Below, one piece after another: positions 20,463 through 27,394 of a DNA stretch of 64,000 nt. A model generated the notes under the pieces. The model saw nothing but the letters and a program-made list of their open reading frames with translations, was not told the origin of the DNA and ran no database searches. Numbering within the stretch: the first letter of the stretch is position 1; each line of letters starts with the position of its first letter. A program made the translations under genes and the position numbers. Where the stretch lies: NCBI GenBank assembly GCA_903916595.1, contig CAIWXI010000055.1:7870-71869 (forward strand), written 5' to 3'. The stretch comes from an uncultured Bacteroidales bacterium (GTDB lineage Bacteria > Bacteroidota > Bacteroidia > Bacteroidales > FEN-979).

Positions 20463-21526
20463 AACATTCGACCCCAGCCGAAAAGTATGCTAAACTTTAT
20501 ATCACGCAGGATCAGGTGCTTGGCGCTATGTCCGGCCGTTTCGGGCCCTTTTATCTTTCGGGTGGCGCTGCCCTCTCAAGGTATTACCTGAACCATCGCT
20601 TCACCTACGATCTGGATTTTTCAGCTAACATTTTACCCTGCTTTGAGAGAAAGGCTGCTCCTGTAGTTGACGTGCTGAAAACACAATGCCATGTTACTGA
20701 TGACGAACCAGCAGTTTACGCGCGATATTTCCACCTGTGGATACAGGGCAGCGAAAAGCTCAAGATCAGTATTTCAAACGACATTTCCGAACAATTGGGG
20801 TTGCCGTTTATGGCAGGGCAGGTTCCTGTGGATAATATGAAGAACATGCTGGTTAAAAAACTCAAAACCATTCTGGATCGTGATAACCCTAAAGATCTGT
20901 TCGATATCGTAAGTATTGCATCGGCCTACAGTTTTCATTGGGGTGATGTGTTGAAGTATGCGCAAAAGAAAGCCGTCATGGCCCAGGTGAATCTCTTATT
21001 GCAATTCAGCCGGGTTGCCTTCCGGTTTAACAGTATATGGCGCGGACGGGAACCAAAAGATCTGTTCAGCCTTTTGGGGGCTCCTCCGCCTATAGGTTTC
21101 AACAGGGTCTATCTGACTGCAAATATCGGGCGGAACGGCAGTAATTATGAAAAACCTTCTTCCACCATGGAATCCCTTTCGCGAGAGCTGCGACGTACTG
21201 CCTACAGGCTTAAAGCGATTTCAGAGTCGGATGGCCTCGCGAATGAGGCGCAGATCGCTGACATTCCTTCCTGTTTCAATCTGACACTGGGAGGGGCCTC
21301 CATAAGGATTGACCTGCCAGCGGTTTCTGTAAGGGACAAGGCCCTTAAACAATTCAGCCGGGTTCCGGCAGGACTTTACCAGGGTCTGGAATGGATGCAC
21401 TCTCCTGTTGCGGCAGAAGAACTGAAAGCGAAGTTCAAAATGATCAGGAATGATCTTTTCCTGGCCGGAGAAAATTCACTTGGCATTGGAAAAACTCCCA
21501 TTGATAAGGCCAGGCCGGGGCTATAA
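20459..21526 (+). CDS. AbiEii/DUF1814-like nucleotidyltransferase-fold protein
   Basis: N-terminal FYLSGGAALSRYYLNHRFTYDLDF fits the GG(T/A)AL...R.(S/T).D(I/L)DF pattern of AbiEii-family NTases. The start overlaps the upstream stop (ATGA at 20459-20462). Confidence 0.5.
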   Translation: MKHSTPAEKYAKLYITQDQVLGAMSGRFGPFYLSGGAALSRYYLNHRFTYDLDFSANILPCFERKAAPVVDVLKTQCHVTDDEPAVYARYFHLWIQGSEKLKISISNDISEQLGLPFMAGQVPVDNMKNMLVKKLKTILDRDNPKDLFDIVSIASAYSFHWGDVLKYAQKKAVMAQVNLLLQFSRVAFRFNSIWRGREPKDLFSLLGAPPPIGFNRVYLTANIGRNGSNYEKPSSTMESLSRELRRTAYRLKAISESDGLANEAQIADIPSCFNLTLGGASIRIDLPAVSVRDKALKQFSRVPAGLYQGLEWMHSPVAAEELKAKFKMIRNDLFLAGENSLGIGKTPIDKARPGL

Positions 21527-21568
21527 GTTCAATCAGGGCAAGGACTGGTCGATGATTCCGGACTTTCC

Positions 21569-22600
21569 CTAGCGTATCATGGTTCCGAAATAGCCCTTGC
21601 ATTCAATAGGTGCATTTTCTTTGTACACAATTTTCAGGTGGTTTAGACCCCTGATATAGTTTGCCGGATAGGGAAACCTGCACTTTGTTTTTCCGCAGAA
21701 GCTCAGCAGGGCCTCCCGTTTTCCAGAGGTCACCAAATTGTCCGATTCCAGCACATCCAGCGCAGCCTCCCACCCCGGATTAAACCGGGGCTGGCTGAGA
21801 TTGTTAAAAAGCATCTCCAGGGCCAGATATGGAAGGATCTCCTTCCCTGTATTGATATTGCAGGCGAAGTAATCGAAAAGGCCGGCATATCGATCGGTCA
21901 GGAACCTGACTTTCTGAAAATCACCCGGCCAGCCGATATCCCGGAGGTAAGCTTCCAGGCGCACAGCGTTTATTTTTGTCAGCACCAGCCTCACTGCCTC
22001 CATATACCTGGGGATCATCAGACCGGTCTGGTATAAATTTGCATGTTCGGGAAGTGCATGGACGGCTGTTCTCAGACTTCCGGCCATCTCATCCGGGAAC
22101 GGAGTACCGGTAATGATCCGGTAGATTTCATCAAGGACACGGAGGGTTCCTTCAGATTGGGCTTTTCGGCCTGCTTTTTCGTCAACAATGATCCCGAAAA
22201 AAATATTCGGGCAGCGATTATACGATATTCCGTCAAAGTCAAACTCAAGCCAGACGGACCCTACCGAGACATCTAAAAGATGTCCCTGGGTATTCCATGC
22301 AATAAAAAACTTCCTTATTCTTTGCCAGAGGGGATCAGCGAGCAAATTTTCATGCAGATCCGACATTGGACTGGTACCGGCCAGTATCTTTGCCCCTTCA
22401 GTGTCTTTCCCGATCAGAAACGAAAAATCGCAGGCGGCCGCGGGCTCACCCAGCCGGCTTTCAAAGCCAAAATCGCGCGACAGGTCAAAAGGAAAAAGTG
22501 AACATAGCTCTTTCAATGAGTCCATGCAGCCACCCCCCATCAAGGTGGAATGAAGGGGGGTGGAAATGATTTCGATATGATCGGCGAAGGAAAGTTTCAT
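21569..22600 (-). CDS. 343-aa cytoplasmic orphan protein, last gene of the precursor B operon
   Basis: Long ORF with no signal peptide or TM segment. No family recognised. Strand-like segments (WLEFDFDG, HLKIVYK, ECKGYFG) vaguely recall ABBA prenyltransferase K-x-Y strands, but this is unverified. Confidence 0.6.
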   Translation of the reverse strand: MKLSFADHIEIISTPLHSTLMGGGCMDSLKELCSLFPFDLSRDFGFESRLGEPAAACDFSFLIGKDTEGAKILAGTSPMSDLHENLLADPLWQRIRKFFIAWNTQGHLLDVSVGSVWLEFDFDGISYNRCPNIFFGIIVDEKAGRKAQSEGTLRVLDEIYRIITGTPFPDEMAGSLRTAVHALPEHANLYQTGLMIPRYMEAVRLVLTKINAVRLEAYLRDIGWPGDFQKVRFLTDRYAGLFDYFACNINTGKEILPYLALEMLFNNLSQPRFNPGWEAALDVLESDNLVTSGKREALLSFCGKTKCRFPYPANYIRGLNHLKIVYKENAPIECKGYFGTMIR

Positions 22601-22642
22601 AAAAATTTTTTGCCCGAAAAGCGCTCACCGTGCTGGCCGGGG

Positions 22643-22930
22643 CTATGATCCCTGGCCGGGCCCCCCCCAACCTGTCCCCCCGGCAACTGAAGCCAGCTCT
22701 GCTTCGGTGAGTTCGTCTTCAGCAGCATCTCCCCGAAAGGGAGGAAGAACAAGGTAAACGGTTTTCTGATCCTCCTGCAGAATCTTTATTTTTATTGTTT
22801 CCGGAAGATTTATTCCAGTCTCCAGTTCGAAAATTAATTTTGGATTATCAATCAGCTTCTTACGGAATGAATCATCTTTCATCGCTTTTTCGATGATTTG
22901 CTCTTCAAGCTTTTTTCTGAGATTTGACAT
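22643..22930 (-). CDS. NHLP-leader precursor B (core TGWGGPGQGS as assembled)
   Basis: MSNLRKKLEEQIIEKAMKDDSFRKKLIDNPKLIFELETG...TVYLVLPP...ELTEAELASVAGG has the same leader family as precursors A and C. The core-coding part contains a G8 homopolymer, so the C-terminus is uncertain. Confidence 0.8.
   Translation of the reverse strand: MSNLRKKLEEQIIEKAMKDDSFRKKLIDNPKLIFELETGINLPETIKIKILQEDQKTVYLVLPPFRGDAAEDELTEAELASVAGGTGWGGPGQGS
22661..22668 (-). repeat. G8 homopolymer (C8 on plus strand) inside the core-coding region of precursor B
   Basis: Coding strand reads ACA GGT TGG GGG GGG CCC GGC CAG GGA TCA TAG. Confidence 0.95.
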
Positions 22931-22959
22931 GGCTCTCTATGAATTTATTTTATTATTTA

Positions 22960-24918
22960 TTATCGTTTGACGACAAGTTTCTTTGTCTCCATCCAGTCGG
23001 CTGTTTTAATTACGATATTATAGATTCCCTGGGAAGCCTGGGAAAGGTCAATACTATATTCTTTTTTTCCGCTGAATTTTTTCTCAAGGATGGCCCTGCC
23101 TGACTGATCTTCAACAAGGACATTCAGCGTTAAACAGCTTTCATTTGATGGTACGATCCGGAAAATACCCATTGTGGGATTCGGGTAGATCGAAACCTGG
23201 TTGCCCGAGCTTCCTGCCGGGTTGGAAACCCCGAGGGGGTCAATTATTTTAAAGGAAGCGATCCTTGTCTTGGGAGTACCAGCTCCTGTTGCATACTGAT
23301 TCGTGTACCAGAAAGTCTGGTCATCGGAAGGATCCACAGAGAGGGATGTATAATCACCCCAGCGTTCTGGCGATGAACCGCCGGACTGTGAGGTAGTACC
23401 CACCCATATTGTATCTTCAGCAATGTCGAGGATAGAGTTACCGGCCAGGTAAGCGGTAGCGGACTGACCACAGTAGCGAATCCCGGGGTATTCGCCATCG
23501 CTGGATATCGAATATCCCAGCCCTATGGTGTTGGATCCGTTCAACATGATGCTGCCCATCCACCGGCTGTTTGTATCAGGGGCATAAGTGCCTTCCTGTC
23601 TTATGCTCCAGTCGCTGCCGGTTTTTCGCAATTCATACCATCTGATCCCGGCCTGGCCCTTCTGATCTATATTTACAGTGTGGCAGCAAACGATGGTCTG
23701 GTACGATCCGAAGTTACGGTACTGGGGCACATTCATGATAATAGTGGGCACGGCATCAACTTTCTGGGTGGTTCCTTTCTGCCTGATATCTTCCCAGTTA
23801 CTGCCGAAGTTACTGTTAAAGGGTGTCACATCCAGTTGTTGAACACGGTTGAATGTCGATGCCGCCGTGTCGGTCCAGTTCACAGCCAGTTCATATATCC
23901 AAATCTGGTCTTTGGTTCCGCTGGAAGCATCATCGTTAATGGCAATATAAATGCCGGGAGATCCTGCCGGAGCAAAGGGTCCGTCATTATCTACAGGAGG
24001 AACAACCCTGAATCCTCCGCTTCCGCCCGGACGATAGGGATTTTTAATTCCGAAAAACTTGGGAATACTATCTCCCACCAGCATCTTCGACCTCTCATAA
24101 ACATAGGTATCCCTTCCCCCACTATTATTATTATCCCCCATATAATACCCATCCTGCCATACGCCGAATTTAGGGTAATCGGGCATTATGTCGGCCTTGA
24201 AAGAATACGGGTACCAGGTTCCCGTAGGGTCGTTTGTTGAGGATACGGCCATAAGAATATAATTCGGGGTCCCGTCTTTGGGCACCGAGAATTCTGTGGC
24301 CAGCCAGCGATCGGCCTGTTCGTCATACAGGATGACCGGATCACCGTCGTTCCGGTTTGCTCCCGGCTTATTGCCAAACAGCAGGTTCATATCAGTAGGC
24401 CCGGCTACAAGTGTGCCTGTTTTATCATATATAGCATACGTGTCATTCATCGTCTGCATGTAATGGTTTTTACCAACGGTCCCGTTATCGTCGGAAGGCC
24501 GGGATCCTGACTCCTGTCCTTCAAAATTTTTCAGCGGACTGCGGAAAAGCTTCTGAGTTCCCATATTTTTCTGCCAGGCCCCGTCCTCACCTTTTGGGAG
24601 GGCTGTTTCAGCAAAAGGATAGGTACGCTCCGACTTTTCTTCATTAATTGTCCGTTTGCTGTTTTTAAGTTTCAGCGCATTGAATTCATCAGCAGTTAAT
24701 GCAGGAAGATCGCGTAAAGGACGGGTTTCACCCAGGAAAGTCCCGGTCCCCACTATGGTAGGGTGAACCGGTATTGTTGGTGTGAATGAGTTTTGATCTG
24801 GCTTTTTAGCCGAAGAAGATGATTGGTTCTGGGCATAGACGCCCCTTGCCAGGAGCAGTATTATCAGCAACATGAAAAGGGAATAATAGTTCCCCGAAGA
24901 AGCAGAATGTGTTTTCAT
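22960..24918 (-). CDS. T9SS-secreted protein of unknown function (possible beta-propeller)
   Basis: Signal peptide (LLIILLLARGVYAQ). C-terminal VSIYPNPTMGIFRIV...GIYNIVIKT...KKLVVKR indicates a T9SS sorting domain. There are Asp-box-like segments such as SSTNDPTGTW. The stop lies 29 nt before precursor B. Confidence 0.75.
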   Translation of the reverse strand: MKTHSASSGNYYSLFMLLIILLLARGVYAQNQSSSSAKKPDQNSFTPTIPVHPTIVGTGTFLGETRPLRDLPALTADEFNALKLKNSKRTINEEKSERTYPFAETALPKGEDGAWQKNMGTQKLFRSPLKNFEGQESGSRPSDDNGTVGKNHYMQTMNDTYAIYDKTGTLVAGPTDMNLLFGNKPGANRNDGDPVILYDEQADRWLATEFSVPKDGTPNYILMAVSSTNDPTGTWYPYSFKADIMPDYPKFGVWQDGYYMGDNNNSGGRDTYVYERSKMLVGDSIPKFFGIKNPYRPGGSGGFRVVPPVDNDGPFAPAGSPGIYIAINDDASSGTKDQIWIYELAVNWTDTAASTFNRVQQLDVTPFNSNFGSNWEDIRQKGTTQKVDAVPTIIMNVPQYRNFGSYQTIVCCHTVNIDQKGQAGIRWYELRKTGSDWSIRQEGTYAPDTNSRWMGSIMLNGSNTIGLGYSISSDGEYPGIRYCGQSATAYLAGNSILDIAEDTIWVGTTSQSGGSSPERWGDYTSLSVDPSDDQTFWYTNQYATGAGTPKTRIASFKIIDPLGVSNPAGSSGNQVSIYPNPTMGIFRIVPSNESCLTLNVLVEDQSGRAILEKKFSGKKEYSIDLSQASQGIYNIVIKTADWMETKKLVVKR

Positions 24919-24977
24919 AGCGTTGATTTTTAATAATTATTACTGAAGGATTAAATGGTTTTTTTGTTTCACTCCAA

Positions 24978-24985
24978 CAAATATA
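24978..24985 (-). promoter_or_regulatory. -7-type promoter box TATATTTG for the T9SS-cargo / precursor B operon
   Basis: Exact match to the Bacteroides TAnnTTTG consensus on the minus strand. It lies 60 nt upstream of ATG 24918 and 19 nt downstream of the TTTG in element copy 2. Confidence 0.5.
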
Positions 24986-25000
24986 ATTGCAGGACAGTTT

Positions 25001-25054
25001 GTTTCAAAATAAAACAAGTAAGGATTTGTAAAAAGGAGTAAGAAATTGTAAAAA
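25001..25054 (-). promoter_or_regulatory. phased-TTAC conserved element, copy 2 (upstream of T9SS-cargo / precursor B operon)
   Basis: Minus strand reads TTTTTACAATTTCTTACTCCTTTTTACAAATCCTTACTTGTTTTATTTTGAAAC. TTAC occurs at offsets 4, 14, 24 and 34, an exact 10-bp phasing. Confidence 0.65.
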
Positions 25055-25074
25055 CCTGCAATGTGGGTTGCAGG
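25050..25074 (-). terminator. putative intrinsic terminator after the TPR-AraC gene
   Basis: Minus strand reads CCTGCA-ACCCACAT-TGCAGG followed by TTTTT, starting 7 nt after the stop codon. The 6-bp stem is short. The T-run overlaps the first TTAC of element copy 2. Confidence 0.4.
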
Positions 25075-25080
25075 AAGCAT

Positions 25081-26967
25081 CTAAGAAAGATTATCTTCAT
25101 TTTCACGACTGCTGGCAATGGAATTCCTAAAATAAGAAGGCGTTATACCGATCTGTTTTTTGAAGATAGAATGAAACGTAACTTTTGTACTGAAACCTAC
25201 CATTTCCCCTATGCCTTCTATGGAGAGATGGTCATATTTTGATTCTGTAAGAAGCCTCCTCGCCTCCTTGATCCTCAGCTCGTTTATAAAGCTGTTGAAG
25301 TTCTGTTTGTAATTATCATGGATCATGTGCGAAAGGTAAGTGCGGTTTGTGTTTAATTTCCTGCAGATATCATCTACAGTGAGGCCTGGTTCAAGGAAAG
25401 GTTTTTCGTCCTGCATTAACCGGCTGAACTTTACCAACAGACCCAGGGTAGTGTTTTCAATTTCATTATCCGGAGGGATAACCATGATTTGATCATCAGA
25501 GATGCTTATGCTTCTCCGGGCTTCAATCTGTTTCTCGGTTTTTACGATTTCCAGGTTCTTCCTGACGATTTGCCTGAATGCCCTGCTCTTTTGCCGGTAT
25601 AACATCGAAATCACAAAACCCAGCACTAAAAGTACAAAAGCAACTCCGGCTAAGAATTTTATCTGTAATTTCTGAAGATTGTTGGCTTTTTGCAATAAAA
25701 GATTTTCCTGCTCTTTCTTTTCTGTTTCAAAACGGGTTTGCATTTCAAGAATTGCCTTGGTTTTATCTTCGCTAAAGATGCTGTCACCTGCAATCCGGTA
25801 TCTCGAAAAAAAATCTTTGGCAGCAGATTTATCGCCGGTGATTATACTTATTTCGGTCAAATAGCGGCTGCATTTCTGTATCATTTCAAGTGAATTTTCC
25901 TCACTGGCATAGTCGAATGCTTCCCGGAACATTTTGGTCGCAGCTGCCAGATTGCCTTTATTATATAAGATTTCACCCAGGCTCACGTTCAAGCTGGCAA
26001 TCTCAGCGCCCGATCCGATACTATTGGCCAGGGCCAGGGCTTGCTCATAATATTCAATTGCTTTTGGTTCGTTCTTCAGCAAATCAGCATATACATCTCC
26101 CAGACAGTGAAGGGAAATTACGATCCCGTATTTATTGCCGATTTCTTTTTTCAGCTCAAGAGATTTCCGATGATAAAATAAGGCTGAATCCGGTTGTTTG
26201 AGGTCTACGTAGAGATCTCCAAGAGCAGTATAATTAGTGGCCAGGTATTTCTTGTTCTTCCTTTTCAGGTTAATTGAGATGGCTTTCTTCAAAAACAAGC
26301 TGGTCATTTTATTATTGTCCCAGTCAAAATATACCAAACCGAGATTGTTATAGGTTGCCGCCAGGCCGTCTGAATCGGCAAGCTCCTCTTTCAGCCTGGC
26401 TGATTCGAGAAAGTATTTTGTGGCTTTTTCATAGAATGATGTTTGTTTATAGGTGGAAGCCATGTTGTTGTATAGCTTCGCCATTTGCGGCTTGTCATTT
26501 ACAGGCAGAAGTATTTCCCTTGCCTTTTCATAATAATTCAACGCGTCGGAAAATCTGCCCATGTAATAGTAAGTAGTTCCGATATCAGTATAAATTTTTC
26601 CGATGTCAAGTGGTTCTTTTAGTTCCCGGGCTATGCTTAGCGCATGATCATAGCAGGCCAGAGAACTGTCATATTCGCCCAGCATCTGATAAATGTTGGC
26701 AAGATTCCGCTGCATGGACATGCCGGCTAATGTTTTTCCGAAATCATGCTTTTTGCTGAATTGCAGCAGCTTTTCTTTTGCTATAAGGTAATTTCCTGAT
26801 AACCTGAAAAGCTCAAAAGACTTCTGTAAAAAAAACAGGGCGCTGTCTGATTTACCTGAATTGATAAAGCCTTCAGAAAGTAAAAGACAGGAGTCGGCCG
26901 ATTTCTCCTGGGTAAAAACGAAATAGCCGGATAGAAAAAAAATCAGCAATAAAATCAATCGCTTCAT
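25081..26967 (-). CDS. transmembrane one-component regulator: extracytoplasmic TPR domain - TM - cytoplasmic AraC-type HTH
   Basis: N-terminal signal/anchor MKRLILLLIFFLSGYFVF, then about 400 aa of TPR-like repeats, a TM segment FLAGVAFVLLVLGFVISMLY, and a C-terminal AraC HTH (TVDDICRKLNTNRTYLSHMI...IGEMVGFSTKVTFHSIFKKQIGITPSYFR). Confidence 0.8.
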   Translation of the reverse strand: MKRLILLLIFFLSGYFVFTQEKSADSCLLLSEGFINSGKSDSALFFLQKSFELFRLSGNYLIAKEKLLQFSKKHDFGKTLAGMSMQRNLANIYQMLGEYDSSLACYDHALSIARELKEPLDIGKIYTDIGTTYYYMGRFSDALNYYEKAREILLPVNDKPQMAKLYNNMASTYKQTSFYEKATKYFLESARLKEELADSDGLAATYNNLGLVYFDWDNNKMTSLFLKKAISINLKRKNKKYLATNYTALGDLYVDLKQPDSALFYHRKSLELKKEIGNKYGIVISLHCLGDVYADLLKNEPKAIEYYEQALALANSIGSGAEIASLNVSLGEILYNKGNLAAATKMFREAFDYASEENSLEMIQKCSRYLTEISIITGDKSAAKDFFSRYRIAGDSIFSEDKTKAILEMQTRFETEKKEQENLLLQKANNLQKLQIKFLAGVAFVLLVLGFVISMLYRQKSRAFRQIVRKNLEIVKTEKQIEARRSISISDDQIMVIPPDNEIENTTLGLLVKFSRLMQDEKPFLEPGLTVDDICRKLNTNRTYLSHMIHDNYKQNFNSFINELRIKEARRLLTESKYDHLSIEGIGEMVGFSTKVTFHSIFKKQIGITPSYFRNSIASSRENEDNLS

Positions 26968-26985
26968 GCAATGGCGGGGCCGGTC

Positions 26986-27279
26986 CTAGTAAAAACACAT
27001 AGGAGAGCAGCTATAATCATTTACATAGCCTCCGGCAACTGCCTCCAGTTCTGCATCGGTCAATTCCGAGTCAACTTCAGTTGAAGCCAGACGAGGCAGC
27101 ACCAGGTATATGGTGCCCGGGTCTTCTTCGAGAATTTTCAAGGTTACTGATTCAGAAACTGCTACACCCATTTCATTAATAATTACTGCTGCCGGGTTGT
27201 CAATAAGTCTTTTTCTGAAATCCATATCTTTCAGGGACATTTCGATGAGCTTTGGTTCGATTTCTTTTCTCAGGTTCAT
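26986..27279 (-). CDS. NHLP-leader precursor C (core YVNDYSCSPMCFY)
   Basis: MNLRKEIEPKLIEMSLKDMDFRKRLIDNPAAVIINEMG...TIYLVLP...ELTDAELEAVAGG. The gene ends 18 nt before the TPR-AraC gene on the same strand. Confidence 0.85.
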   Translation of the reverse strand: MNLRKEIEPKLIEMSLKDMDFRKRLIDNPAAVIINEMGVAVSESVTLKILEEDPGTIYLVLPRLASTEVDSELTDAELEAVAGGYVNDYSCSPMCFY

Positions 27280-27361
27280 GTGGTTGAGATTAACGGGAGT
27301 AAATATAAATACATTTATTAAGATTCTGCAAAGGCAGTCTATGATAATTAATAAAAAAAAC

Positions 27362-27369
27362 TATATTTG
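27362..27369 (+). promoter_or_regulatory. -7-type promoter box TATATTTG for the exporter operon
   Basis: Exact TAnnTTTG match 25 nt upstream of ATG 27395, in the 115-nt divergent intergenic region. Confidence 0.45.
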
Positions 27370-27394
27370 TTCCTAATAATTATTCCTTTCTGAT

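Noticed and set aside
22043-22670. Overlapping ORFs within or opposite the 343-aa orphan gene and precursor B (22043-22276, 22188-22553, 22280-22501, 22366-22569, 22485-22670)
   Set aside because: This is the same situation, alternative-frame artefacts of a GC-rich coding region. ORF 22485-22670 is relevant only as the +1G frameshift continuation discussed in the G8 finding.
19398-22700. Idea that the QW / NTase / orphan block is a high-GC horizontally acquired island
   Set aside because: Hand counts of single 60-nt lines gave about 53-58 percent GC here. Lines from the 999-4463 gene and the ABC exporter genes gave similar values (about 52-55 percent), while the kinase and AraC genes gave 30-40 percent. 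Composition is heterogeneous throughout the window, so no island can be claimed without a computed profile.
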